From the NCBI GenBank assembly GCA_027604505.1, contig JADIIX010000006.1, positions 1 to 64,000 on the forward strand: a DNA stretch of 64,000 nucleotides, written 5' to 3'. Source of the stretch: Gonapodya sp. JEL0774. Lineage: Eukaryota. The notes under the pieces are model-generated. The model worked only from the letters and a program-made list of their open reading frames with translations, made no database searches and was not told the DNA's origin. Of this stretch, positions 36,710-53,312 are shown in pieces (position 1 is the first letter of the stretch; each line of letters begins with the position of its first letter). The position numbers and the translations under genes are program-made.

Positions 36710-39370
36710 TCACGATGTCAATGACCAAGAAGTTCCGTCATCGATTCCTGTGCTCGAGTTCAGAGTTGAGGCACTTCCGGATCCTGAAGAACTGTGCGAC
36801 ATCACTGGTACGGGACGTCTCGAGGTCGACGACGGCGTATTCTGAAGCATTTTATCCCACTCCCCAATCGCCCAGGACATGAGGTCGTCGCCATCTAGAA
36901 CTGATACCCTATGTGGGGTCAGAATGGTGGCAAAACTCATTGGAGGAGAAGCAAGCCTCGGCGACGAGCGAGAGGAGGCAGCAGCTGCTGTACCCTGACC
37001 AGGTGGCAATGGATAATGCACGGATCGCAGGGAACCCACAGAAGGACGGTGACGGAGCTCCGGAAAAGTAGGTGGGCGAACCTCCGAGTAAAGGAGAGGG
37101 GATTGCTGTTCCATCACCGTGTCTACCACATCAACAACCGCAACTGACTCGATGATCCCGCCGTGAGGGAATGATTGTGAGAGCGGTGTATCGGCTCGGG
37201 TAGTGGCAGTGGTGAGTGTGGAGAGGCGCCGAGAAACGCTCAGAGAAGTACGGGAGTCAGGCTCCTTGACGGACCACGTGGAGGGACTACGAGCAGTTGG
37301 TATAGTCGTGGAAGTTGGAGATCTTGTCAGGGAAGGGCTGCTATGAGATTTTGAGAAACCACCAGCAGGCGTAGACAGAATGAGGGCGGACACTCTTTTG
37401 GGGGACAGAAATCCATCCTCTGTCTGACCATCGTTGAATGTGCTAGTGGACATGCGTTTTGAATTGGCATCGTTATTTCTGGCCAACGATATGTTGGACC
37501 TCCAACGACGAAGGGCACCAACGTCCTGTGGGGGCCCAAGCGTCCCGCCACTTAGAGAGCGTCGAGAGTTTTCAGAAGTATGATGGCTAGCAGGAGTTGA
37601 TGATAGACGAGGACTTTGCGGTGACGTAGGAGAGATTGGGGAACGCGCTACAGGTGGATTCGCCTCTATTCGGCTGTGGACAAATCAGTCCGTGAATGTG
37701 TCAAAGACGCTACAAGTGCAACATTTAGCAGCGTGCAAGTAAGAATGACTCACAACAACGATGAGTCGTCTCGAATCAGATCACCGGGCCGCGTGAGGTT
37801 CATGATAACTCCTCGAGCCTGCATTGCTCGAGCAATCTCCAGCGCCGCTTCCCGCTTCAGCCTAGCATTTGGGAGACCGCGTTTGGCAATCCATTCAATT
37901 GCTTGGTTGGCTAGGGAGTACGGACGGGCGAAGAACCCCGGCCAGTTGAATACTCGATTCCCAAACGACACTACCAATCGTGATCGTGCTCACCTGTAAA
38001 ACTTTTTGGGAAACGGCTGAATCCCCGGAATCGATCCTTTACCTCAACACCTTGCGGACCACGAAATCTGATGGCACGAGAAGTTGGCGGTGAATTCTGA
38101 GGAACAAGGTGCTTGGGACGTACCTATTGATGATTTCAATTAACTCTGCCTCCGTGAGCGACTTGTCCATAGCTGAGTTGATTGCAAGGAGCAGCAGAGG
38201 CAGGGTGGTTACACTCAATCACCATTTTTGGGCGAACATTGATTGCTCTGTCCAGCCGTCCTTCCGAGGCAATCCGATTCCCGTGTTTAAAGCGGGCATT
38301 AGCAATCTCAACCTCGAAACTATTGTTTTCAGCATCGCCGGACCATTACTCTTGCGGGTGCAGCCACGGCTCTTGACCCACCATCACTCAAAAGATGCTT
38401 TTCCAACGCTGTGAGACACATGTATGGCATTTTATCTTGCAATTCCTATCCTCACCTCACGTGGTATGATTGGTGGTCGAGACTCCCAATAAGTTAGAAA
38501 TTATGTGGAGAACGTTATCACCCGACAACGCCCCCTGTCAGAAATGTATTACCTCTCATAACATTTCATCACACAGAAAAAAATTTATTGATCGCCTCTG
38601 AATGTAGCGAGCAATCACACAGCGAGATTGAAGGCGTGAGCTCAAAATTCGGGGGGGCGAACAAAGGAGAGTAAGCGGCCCGAAGGGGATTGAAACTTTG
38701 TCTGTCTGTTACGCGAGCACTGGCAAAGGTATAATATTTATGTAGGGAAGAGAGGGGATGAGAGAGAAAGAGAGAGAGTTGCAGGATGGACTTGCAACCT
38801 CGGCTCAAAGGTATTTGCCGTGCTGAACAGTTGCGCACAACGTCTTGTTCTCCTTTCCGTACAAGGATGTTCAACACCACCAAAATCATTCCGCTCACAA
38901 TCGATCTCATCGCTTTCTCGTCACTCGTCTCGGGAATACGGAGAGCTGGTGGCTACCGTGAGTGGTACTGCGAGACTGACTTCCTCCCATAGAGATGCAC
39001 AATCTAACCATTCTCCTGCAATATTCTTGAATTGAATGCAAATTTCCGATGGATGGACTGTGACTATTTGCAATTTGGCTCGTTCGGCTCATTCGTTTCA
39101 CGTTGCCCATCATTCCAAAATGTTCGCCCTTCACTCCTCGCCCTTCCATCTTCCGACTATGATAACACTGGAAAGAGATTGCAACGGATAAGATTCCCAA
39201 TGATAACGTGAAATGGTTCGCTGACAAATACCTTGACATGGGGGAGTTCGTTGTGGATCAAGGTGTTGGTTTGATGGGACGCTATCCAGATGTATTCCGG
39301 AGTGCATCGAGGAAATGATAGAAATGAGAATTGGGAGAAGAATTGCAACAGAACCATTCGGTATATACAT
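36710..39370 (-). CDS. DEP-domain protein with long Ser/Thr/Pro-rich tail; 5' exons unresolved
   Basis: LIEIINRFRGPQGVE...ANQAIEWIAK...REAALEIARAMQARGVIMNL...IRDDSSLL|FR fits the DEP consensus pattern and splices in frame to the ORF ending at 36710. Confidence 0.6.
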
Positions 39371-39569
39371 AGACGAGCTTGATGGGGTAAAGGTGTGAAA
39401 GTGACATTATTCCATAGACATTGTTTGAATCTGCAATGTTTCTCCGAAATCTCCGAAAGAGCTGGTATAGAGTTAGGTATGAACAAAGAGATGACAGAGT
39501 TTTGATTGAGGGATGGGGTTCATGTGGTGATCACGGTCTAAGTCACCACCACCACCCTCTTCGGCTCAC

Positions 39570-40731
39570 ATGAGCAACCCACCATCTGGGTATAAAGCGA
39601 AATCTGCGAGCTTGGACACTCAGGCTCCGGATCCTCATCGCCCTCCTGGCCATTCGCCATGGGTTCACTCCCTTTACAGTCCTCTCCCAAAACATTCGAT
39701 GGATGGTCTGCAGGTGATGCCGCAAAGTTGATGCTTTTCAACACAACACGTCGCCGAGATTCTTGGCGGCTGAGACTGACTTGGAACCTCTTCATTGTCT
39801 TCTCCAAGGAACCACCAAACCATCCTTCCACCTCTAACTATGTCGCAAACTTGGTACAGTCTGCCCTCTCCCATTCTTCGCCAGCGCTTGCCTCGAATCC
39901 CACTGTGTATCCCAGCACATCAGTTGCAGCATACCAATCCCGGCTGGAAAGTCGATCCATCCCTCTCGACACTCCCTCACTAAAGCAGTCGAATCCGGGA
40001 CTAGTAGAACTGCGCAAAGATGTTAAAAAGTCCAGGAACAAGGCTAGGAAAAAGGGTATGACGGCGAAAGAGCGAAGAACCTGGGGCGCGTGGGAAGTAC
40101 CGAAGAACGGAAGGAAATTTGACTTGTTTGTGCCAATGTGGCAACTGTGGGGACAGTACATGAGGGAATTGATGTCCCTTGATTTAGCCAAGGCTAGTGG
40201 TGGTGCTGCACCGCCCTCTCGAATGGATATCCCCGGACCGGGGAGTGCGTCTCGCACCTCCTTCCACCTGGAAATGCAGCTTCCCAAGCTTATTAAAGCT
40301 GATTACCACGGAGCGTATGTGACAGTCGTAAAATCTCGGTGTCCTGGATACGTGGGTTTATCTGGTATTGTCGTGAGGGAGACCGAGAACACTTTCGTGC
40401 TTTGCCCAGCGGAGGGAGGGTTCAAGAGTGAGTGACGTTCGGACATTTGTCTTCAATCCATCATTCTACTTATAATCTCGGTTTGGGTTGAACTACTGCA
40501 GCGATACCCAAAGCTCATTCCATGTTTGCGTTTTCAATCCCCATCGAATCGGTTGCTGATCCCACCCTAACTCCAGAAAATACCAAATCATCACCAAACT
40601 CGCCTAATGATAACCAACCTCGCCCCTCTGATCCCGTTTTCCACATCTACGGTGATCACATTCGAGTGAGAGCAAGTGAAAGAAGCTCGAAGAAGTTTAG
40701 ACAATCTAAAGGGGGCAATGTGGAGCTATGA
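39570..40731 (+). CDS. POP4: RNase P/MRP subunit Pop4/Rpp29
   Basis: FVPMWQLWGQYM, KLIKADYHGAYVTVVKSRCPGYVGLSGIVVRETENTF, IPK..SMF.F, IYG....RASERSSKKF. Confidence 0.93.
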
Positions 40732-40877
40732 AGAAATTATTGCTGCACAGTAATAAACATTAAATCCAAGATTATCAAAAAGGCACCACGAATATCATGT
40801 ACCTTCCTCTGGCCTACAAGCGGCTTTCGGGGAAACTCCAACCGATACGCGCTATCTCACTTCAGTCAATCCAATCA

Positions 40878-42564
40878 ATGACCCGCTCCAACGTCGAGTT
40901 CAAAACAGAGGACGGAGTGACACTCCGTGGCTGGTGGTATTCTAGTGGTTCCAAGGATGACAAAAGAGGGGTGATAGTGATGTGTCACGGTTATTCTGCA
41001 GGTGATTGAGTTCTCTAGAGAATGTTGAGAGGATGAAGGTTGGAGGCATAATACGACCAATTTTCTTTCTCTTTTGATCAGTCAAGGAAATGTATTTGGT
41101 GAGCATTCTCAAGCTGTATGATTCGACCGAACTTTATTAAGCTTGCGCGAAAAGGGCAATTTTGCTGAGGTATTCTCACAAGCCGGTGGTTTCAACGTGC
41201 TTGTGTACGACAATCGTTGCTTGGGAGAGTCTGACGGGGAGCCGAGGTGAGAGCGGACTGAGGTTCGAAGGTCTGATAGTATACTTTACTCATCTCTCAC
41301 TTGGAACGGAGCAGACAAGAAATTGACCCTTGGCAACAGATCCGTGATTACCGAGACGCGATCACCTTTGTGAGTGAACGCGATGACGTGGATACAAGCA
41401 AAATTGGTGTCTGGGGGTAAGTAAGGCGTGTGACTTGAAATTCTACTTGCAACATATTGGGTTCCGAATCCGTTCGCTACCTATTTGCAAGATCTTCTTA
41501 CTCTGGAGCGCATGTGCTCGTGGTGGGCGCAGTTGGTATGTACGATGTTTTTGAACGGTGTTCCAGTATCGCAAACTGACCCCAAGATATGTGAAGATCG
41601 ACGAGTTAAATGTGTAGTGTCCCAGGTGCCCCTTGTTGCGGGACTTGAAAATGCACGTCGATTGATCAGAGCAGATATGTGGTCCATTTTTAGGACGATG
41701 TGGAATGAAGGTAAGTTGAAAGTCGGTGGAGCAAGATGCAGGCACTGATTTGCCAATTATAGACCGCGCTAACAGGCTCAAGGGAGGAAAACCGGCTATG
41801 GTTTGTTTAGGGGTTGGCTATCTTTTGTGTCCGCAATGTGTCACACATGAATTGCATTTGCAGGTTGCGGTTGTGAGCAAGAACCCTGCCGAACCTTCCG
41901 CACTGCCGACAGCGGATAGTGCCGAGTAAGTGATCATCACATTGTGCATATCTTGCTCGGTGGTTCTCTTAACAATGTTGATCTGTTCAGATTCTTCCTG
42001 CGTGAGACCACAAGTCTTTGGCCGTCGTGGAAGAACGAGGTGAGAGCACAGACCGCTGCAAAGAGGATGAAGTAGGAACCAATATTGCGCATCCACCAAT
42101 TTAGTGCACTCTACGTTCCGTCGAGATGTTTACGGAGTACGAACCGGGAGCATACATCTCAAACATTGGGTCTGCTTCACGTTGCAATGCGATAACAAAG
42201 AAGTGACGAGTCTGACTATCAATCTTTTGTTACAAGGCCGACTCCCCTTCTCATGGTCGCTGCTGCAAGTATCCATCATCCTTGAGTATTGAGTTAATTC
42301 AGGCTGATTCGCAGTAAAACTAGGCACAAGATCACCTCACGGTGGTGGACTTGACCCTGAAGTATTTCAATCTTGCTGTTGAACCGAAGAAACTGGTAAT
42401 CCTCCCTGGAGGCCATTTTGATGCGTACACCGGTGGAAATTTCAAGATTTCAAGGTACGTTTTTAAGATTCCTTCAGAGAATCAAAATTTCGAAGCAGTA
42501 TAGACTAATAAATGTCCTCAGTGTCGCGCAACTTGACTGGTTTAAGGCCCATTTGAATGCGTGA
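40878..42564 (+). CDS. Alpha/beta hydrolase (S15/AidA/Af380-like type), about 13 exons
   Basis: DGVTLRGW, MCHGYSAVKEMYL, YDNRCLGESDGEPRQEIDPWQQIRDYRDAIT, nucleophile GVWGSSYSG, acid DHLT, GGHFDAY. Confidence 0.9.
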
Positions 42565-43248
42565 ACGTCAAAAGAGGAAGCGTCCCAAAGGGGCATCTTG
42601 TTAGTCTTCGATTCAAATATTTGTATGAATGATGCAGCCACCTATTAAATTTCAGTCTTGCGACCGAAAGTGAAAAGGAGTTAGGCGCCTGAAGCAAAGA
42701 GCATTGGGGTATTGTGCATAGTGAAACGTTGATCTCTTTATTCAAAGCTGCTTGAGGACACCAATGAAGCACGGAGGTCTATACACGTGAAGCGGCGATC
42801 TCTTGCTTTCAATGCCCATAAGCTTAAGATGATACAATCCTCAGAGGAAGTGCTTTGCGGAAATTCATTGTGCAAAAATTGGAAGTGAGAGACAGAATAA
42901 GGGGTTCGTGTGAGAGGATGGGCACTGCGGGAGGTCGTGCCCCTGGAAACCAAGCTCTCACAGAACTGTGATTTGAGGCAGGAATGAGTGCCAACCGAGT
43001 AAGAATCCGAGTACAGGAACATGAGGAGAGAAAACGGGTGGTTTCATGGGGACATTCAGACAAATCAGTCGGAGATGCTGTCACAGCAGAGGACCGAAAG
43101 GCCTTTAGATGGACAGCAACGAAGATATGCAGAATGTGAACTGGCGAATCATTTTTTTTGATTCGCGTCCTGCGTGTTGCGCGCGATATGACTTTTTCGA
43201 TGGTGATCGCTACCTACCATTTCTCTTCAGCAGACACCAACTCGGGAG

Positions 43249-46788
<3,540 letters not shown>

Positions 46789-46817
46789 TTTTTAATTCCA
46801 TAATAGAAACTGGTGTT

Positions 46818-48584
46818 TCATTCTTCAATCAGTTCGTGTACAACGAAAGACTCTCCAGTGGAGTTTGCAGCATGATCTGACAGTGCGTTAATTACAAAAT
46901 TGAATGACAACATCGCTGCAGAGACCAACCGTCGAAGCATTATCTGAGTGTACTGACTATATTCAAAAAAAAAAACTATCCTCACCACAACCATTAGTTG
47001 GGAAACTCCGCAGTAAGCACGGAACGAACCCTTCAAAACAAAGTCACCCTAAGATAATAAGTTCTCCCTTCATCACATTTTGAGTACTCACCTCGCCAGA
47101 ACCCTTTGAATCCTTCCTTCAACCACACATCAGCAAATGCACTTCGCACGGTGGGGTACCTAAGGGGCTTTACATCGGGTTGCGCCATTCTAACGTGAAT
47201 ATGGAGAACATTGTGAGTGACAACTGGAAACGGTATCCGCCCCTGCAAAGATTTGGCTCACGCACATTCGATTTTTCACCACGTCTGCGGGATAGCAGCC
47301 AATCCAGAACAATTGGGAAGCACACCCGCCCGCCCAGAAAGGAATCATTGATTCCTGGACACCCCAACTTCGAAAGGTGCTTTGAAACACCTACAAGGAG
47401 ATATTAGGTGAATAAATTGATGAGCGAGTGACTTAATGATCTTAACGGACATCATACGATCCCCAATATCTGCGGAGAGACGAAATAAGTGTCGAAAGAT
47501 ATATGCACCAAAACACCGTACAACTTACAACCAAAACCAATGTCGCATCAGAATAGTGCTAGAGATTCCGCGCCATAGTCCGAATATCCCGTTGTTACGC
47601 ACCTGGTCGCCGTAAGATTGATGGAAGTGTGCTCATTTTTGAAAACCGAACCTCTGCAATCTCACCAGCTTTATGGCACAATCGATTGGTCCTTTATAGA
47701 CCTTGGATGCGGAATCGTATTGCACTTGCAAACGCGCTTTGACTTGTTCGATCGGACAAGCGACAAACGAGACTGCGATACCACCACAGAGTCCCGCTAA
47801 AGAGTGTTGCCAAAATGTGAGTGGCTTGGAAGGATCCCCGCCTTGTTGAAGGAGTTTGACATTCGTGTATGTTCCCAACCTGAGTGTTTCAAGCGCTGTG
47901 GATGGAAATGAGGTGAATTAACGTTGGTGAAGTTTAACTCACATTGTACTGTCCATCAACATCCAGCCGATGAGAGGTGGGGTAGCACCTTTGTAAAACT
48001 GTCTCAGAGAGAGGAGCGTATTTTGGTGACGACAGTGCTATGCAAGTGGTGACAATCTCACCCCAAAAACCCCCTCCTGTATCCAGCAGAGCCATAGTAT
48101 GTTAAACCCACACTAGTCACGGGGATTTTATTGGCTATTAAGTTTACCTTTCGAACTGGGAAGGTCACGCTTGAGTAAAGGGAACACCGATCACCCAATA
48201 TTCTCTCACGTACTTGTCGCCATAACACAATCCAGTGGTCCCTTGAACCTTCCTAGTCCTCCTTCAGTTTGCATCCTCACTTTGACGGTGTCTAAAGGGG
48301 AATTCATTGAATGATGGCAGTTTTAAATCAGTGAGGAAGTAACAACGCTCCGTCCGGAGTGAACCGGGACCACAGAATCGGGCATTGCATCGAAGAATCC
48401 TACCAAAAGGGTGACCAACAGCGAGTTTTGTAGCACCGCTGGAGGCAACGCGATCGCATTTGTAGGACCAGTGTGAGCACAGAGGAACGAGTTCAAGCGT
48501 GAGTCTCTACACCAGATGAAAAATTGGGTAGATAAATTCGTACGACGCGATGCCCGCTAAGGGCCCTGCGAATTCCTGGCGCAT
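46818..48584 (-). CDS. Mitochondrial carrier (SLC25; carnitine/ornithine/Ymc-like group)
   Basis: Three Px[DE]xx[KR] motifs: HPFDTVKVRMQ, CPIEQVKARLQ, YPADVVKNRM; FYKGATPPL; LRSFPTN. Confidence 0.92.
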
Positions 48585-48724
48585 TAGGGTGAGGATGTGA
48601 CAGTCTTGTATATTTTGGGGTACTGACCAGCTGAGAAGGCGCAGTCAGTACAAGTCCCTCCAGCAGTCACTATGATTTGGAAGCATTATGATGTGGTTAC
48701 CCTATTACGCACACCAAAGGAAGG

Positions 48725-49792
48725 CTAGTGATTCAGAAATTTCTTCCCAGGGTCAGTAGCCTCCAGAACCTTGTACAGCGGATGCTGCACCCCCAAGGCG
48801 TACTGCAGCGTCCTCCGCTGGTAATAGCCATCAAACAGCTCCAAGTTCTCAATAATGTCATCCAAGGTTGGGTGCTGGCCAGTTGGAGGATGACGAATGT
48901 GGACAACATGAATGTGGAAGTGATCTCATTTGAAAGTTTGGCATCAGTCCCAAGCGACCATAGTGAAACAAGCAAGTGCACTCACAATAGGTTGGTTGGT
49001 AATGTACAAACATATTTATGAACTCTGGTTTCACAGAAGGATACCGTTCAGGCACGACCCTCATCACAGTTTGTCGGATATGTTTGAGCAGTGGAACGTG
49101 CTCCCGAGTCAAATCTCTGAGAGACTTTACGTCCCTCCTCCTCAAAATGACGGTGAAATAAAGCATATTGGTGTTTTGCCGATCCCATTTGCTGTCCGGT
49201 ACGAGAATAAATCCACCTTGTGGGTCCTTGTCATCCCAAACGAGGCTTTCCTGTTCCTTCTTCCCGTCAAGGATATTGTACACCCAATCGATTCGACTGG
49301 CTGGAACTGATTCAATGTACTTTCGTGTCACGTTCTCATATAGCTCCGGGGTTTCGCGTACAAACACCCGATCTTGCTCCGAGTACTTCGCGATATGTTG
49401 GGTGGTAGCAGGATGGATTAAAAACAGCTTCCAATCCGCCGGTATGGAAATGCCATCAGATTCAATATTCGAATCAGGCAAGCGGGTTCTCGCGTTGATC
49501 CACGTATACACGTCGTTGTGATCAATGACTTGCAACTCTCCCAGTATGTGTCCCACCAAGTCCTTCGCCGATTCCTTGGGAAGGGCAGTCTTATCCACTC
49601 GTATGATGGCAGGGAGATGTTTCGATGGATCCTCTGAGGACGGAAGCGTGCCCAGGATGGTGATGTTGCGGGTTGTGGTATCTTTCGCAAAGTGCAGCTT
49701 TCAGATGGATTGCAACCAAGAGAATACAGGCGCACTTTTTATATACCTTCCGACAAAACACGCTCGAAAACAAATCCTTGCAGAGAATTCAT
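48725..49792 (-). CDS. DCS1: Scavenger mRNA decapping enzyme DcpS (HIT family)
   Basis: FERVLSE, NDVY, LIHPATTQHIAKYSEQ, ETPELY, WVYNILDGKKE, PDSKWD, SLRDL, HYQPTY|YHFHIH. Confidence 0.95.
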
Positions 49793-50166
49793 CGCTCTCA
49801 AATCACCCAAAGAATTCCTTGCGAGGCACAGGTGTCAGGACTGTGGTCCAGAAACACATTAGGGACAAAATTAAATGATCACTCAGTGGTCCCCATTCGC
49901 GAAATTGCTTTCTTGACTACCGGTTCAAAATCTATTGTGATTGCAAGGACGAAATTACATGTGAATGGTTTTGTCTGTTCGAATAACTGATAGATCATGA
50001 CCTCGGGGGTGGTCGTGAAACGGCACAGACCTCGAAAATTTTATTCTAATTTGTCACCGAGAACTTTGACTGCGGGGGAAACAGAGGAACTTTGAGAAAA
50101 CGGCAGCTCCTGGTGTTGGGTGATGCGGAGCCAATCCTCGGCGCGGGGGGGGGGGGGGGGGGGGGG

Positions 50167-50176
50167 NNNNNNNNNN
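50167..50176. other. Assembly gap (10 N) between poly-G and poly-C runs
   Basis: Run of n flanked by homopolymers. Confidence 0.95.
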
Positions 50177-50349
50177 CCCCCCCCCCCCCCCCCCGCCCCC
50201 CTCTCCAGTAAATGTGTTTGCATTATGTAGAAAGTTAACTCACGCGGGTGAAACGAAATGAAATGGAAAATACGACAAAAACGACAAAGGAGAAGACGTA
50301 CAATAATTCTAAAGTGTTCATTGTTGCTTATTATGTGTTCGTGGCCGCC

Positions 50350-53312
50350 TCACTTTCCCTTCCTCGCAAACACTCTGCCAAAAACACCTCCTGCAGTCTT
50401 ATCCTTTCCCTTCTTGCTCCCTAGCAGCCCGGTTTGGCTCACATACTTCGCCAGTTTCCCCTCATCCTCACCTCCAGTCGCCCCTGGGGGTTTGCGCACA
50501 AGACTGGTCACCCGTCCACTCGTAGTGTCACCTGTACCAGTTACCCATGCCGGAGCACCTCTTGTGCCTGCCATTATACCCCTCGCCCCAGAATTACGGT
50601 TCACCCCGGCGAATCGTGAAGACGTGACACCACCTACAGCCGCGCTCGTGAGTCGTTGTGGAGATGTGATTGGGGACATTGTGGGAGATCCATGCCCGTT
50701 CCCATGAGTTATGTCGGAGAACACCACACCGCCATTTCCACCACCTCCACCTGTCGAACTGTGCTCGCCTACTTGAAGTGGAAGGGTATAGTCCACCCCC
50801 ATTCGTAAAATCAACGTGCCAAGCTTGAAGTATGCAGGACCCCTGTATGGTATCTGCTGCTGCTGATGGTGATTTGTCGGGGTAACGTTGTGAGGTGGAG
50901 ATATATGCTGTGATGGCGCTGTGACATTCCGTACTGGAGACACAGTCGACACAGCTCCGCTTAATGCGGTCACAGTTCCGGCCGTTGCCTTATCGTCCCT
51001 ATCCCGACTCCCAGTTGATAGACCGGTCACGGAAGACATGAACGAGGACCCCCGATCAGAGCCGTTACCATTCCTGCTACTCCAGCCCTTTCCAAAGGAC
51101 ACCCAGGAACTTCTTCTCTTCCTAGGTGCTTCAAATCCGGCATCTGCATCATCTACCGCCACCATGCCTCCATCGTCCGAGTCCGAGTCCGAGTAGTCAG
51201 CTTCTGCAAGGGTGCCGTCGCTGGAATGGGGTGTGCCATGCGCGACGACATCGGAGATGGGAGGATGGACAGCCAGAGTGATGTCAGAGCGAGCAGGAGA
51301 TGGTGCAGCGGGTATATACGTATGAACATGGTCGAGGCGTCCGTGGTGTTGTTGGTCACTCACTGACCAGTGAATTGAGTCCTCAGTGTCATTTTCTTTG
51401 GTTGCGGCCACCCCACAAATCTCCCCCTCAAACTCCTCCACTGCAATCCGCAACACCGCCGCCTTCACATTGTGGAGATTTTCTCTCACCCTCTCCACTG
51501 TGACACCTGCCTCTTTAACTGCTGTCCATTCCGCGGGCTGCCATCCCATTTGCCGGCCAGTACCCGTCGCATAATCACGCGCAAAGTCGAGGAAGGCAGC
51601 GTCACAAGCTATCGCAGCGAAGTGGGGAAGGGAAGAAGGCGCGAGTTTGCCCTTCAGTGTGGGCGTTGTCAGGCGACGGAGGTGGTTTAGGCTTAAATGG
51701 AGGAATGGTGTGAGGAGGAGGGTCTTCGGAGTGAAGGGTTTTGGGCAATCAGGCGACAAAAGAATCAAGAGAGGGGTGCGAGATCGATTAAGGGAGAGAA
51801 GTGATCCGAAACTCAAACTCTGTGCAACAATCGAGACCTGAACGATGCCATGCACAATCCCCCAACCACTTCTACCGTTCCCCCAAAAGTTGAACTTCAT
51901 TTCTATAGGATTGCACCTTCTCTGCCCTCTTTCTCCGGCCAACCCGAACCCACCTTCACTGTCGCCCCTTTGGCTTTAACCACGTCATCCACAGCCTTCA
52001 AAAACACATCCTGTTCCCTTTCCGTCATCCCTATATCCAGCGCGTCGCTCCTAGTCATTGCGCATAAAGTGTCAGCGACGTCTATCATTTGACCTGGTGA
52101 TGATGTTAATTGATGTGTGGAATTAGATGTGGGTATGGAAATGGGTGTAGTGCTCGTCGATGGGAGAGAAGAGAGTTGCGATGGAGGGTGTCCTGAGGGG
52201 TCAGAGCGGGTGGTAATGAGAGCGAGCAATGCGTCGTAGTGGCGTGACAGGTTGTGATGGTGGAGCCAGTTGCGGAGGGAGGCCGGGTTGTGGGGAAGGA
52301 TAGTGCTGCCGCTTGGAGTGAGACATGGTAAGCGGATGACGGGGCCAGGGTGTAAACTGTGAGGGACAAGGTATACACACCCCGCCTGAAGAACTTTGGA
52401 GAGGGGGAGGGTAACGGGTAGGAGGAGGACTGAGACCATTCCTGTTTGGTACAGTTGGTGGGTTGCGTTTGCATGGATTTTCAAACCACGTTTGGATCGG
52501 AAGGTAATATGGCAGCAGGTTTAGAGGAGAACACAGTAAGATGAGCGACAGCGTCAAGGTTGAGAGAGGGAGTAGCGGTGCACAGTTCCGAGAGTTGTGT
52601 CAGAAGGTGCATCGGAACTTGAAGCCGGTCAATCACAAGACCAATTTCGTCATCAGATTTCCAGACTTTTTGCAAAGCGGAACACTCGCGCTGCGCCTTG
52701 AGGCCACCTATGCGACCCACAAAATCTTGTTACGCTGGCTGTGTACTCACCTGCGACTACACCTATTGGGTCTGATGTGTTAGAACCGAGGACTCTGCGT
52801 GCGGTTCACGACAAGGTTGAGTTCCACAAAAAAAATTAGATAAGAACAGCATCATGAGAGCAAACACCGCCCCCGGTAGAGGTTCTGTCGGCTCCAACAT
52901 GTGGATCCCGATTGCGCCTGAACATGACTCCACTCCAATACAACCCACCCTCCGCATATTAAAAATAGAGCAAGGAGCTGGATAGATAGAGCACTCACCT
53001 TTCAATTTCCATTGTGCCTGTGACTTTTAGCGTGGGGGGATCTTTTCGAAAGATGTCAGGAATGTCAGATTCTTCCCACCACAGAAAGTGTTTGGGGTAA
53101 GGATTCTTCCAAGAGCCGGGGACGGAGAGCAAGGAAGAATCCCTTTCGACAAGCGTCAATTGAGAGATCGCGGATCGCGATCGCATCGGTGAAAGGTGGC
53201 TCGGGATGGATTGTTGGTTTGAGGAAAGGGAGTTTAGATTTTGAAACTGCGGAGATTTCGCGATTTCAGAGAACCAAGTATGTCTTGGGGTTGGCGAGTG
53301 GAGGGTGGACAT
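50350..53312 (-). CDS. Hypothetical multi-exon protein with a SAM-like segment and disordered basic C-terminus
   Basis: Long minus-strand ORFs with GT-AG junctions; SLRNWLHHHNLSRHYDALL...TLCAMTRSDALDIGMTEREQDVFLKAV resembles a SAM domain with a loop insertion. Confidence 0.55.

Noticed and set aside
38921..38923. In-frame TGA on the minus strand within an otherwise open frame (possible selenocysteine or readthrough)
   Set aside because: No redox motif or SECIS recognised; a GTCAGT...AG intron spanning it is a simpler explanation
50142..50200. Apparent poly-G/poly-C inverted repeat around Ns
   Set aside because: Typical assembly break at a homopolymer; true length and arrangement unknown
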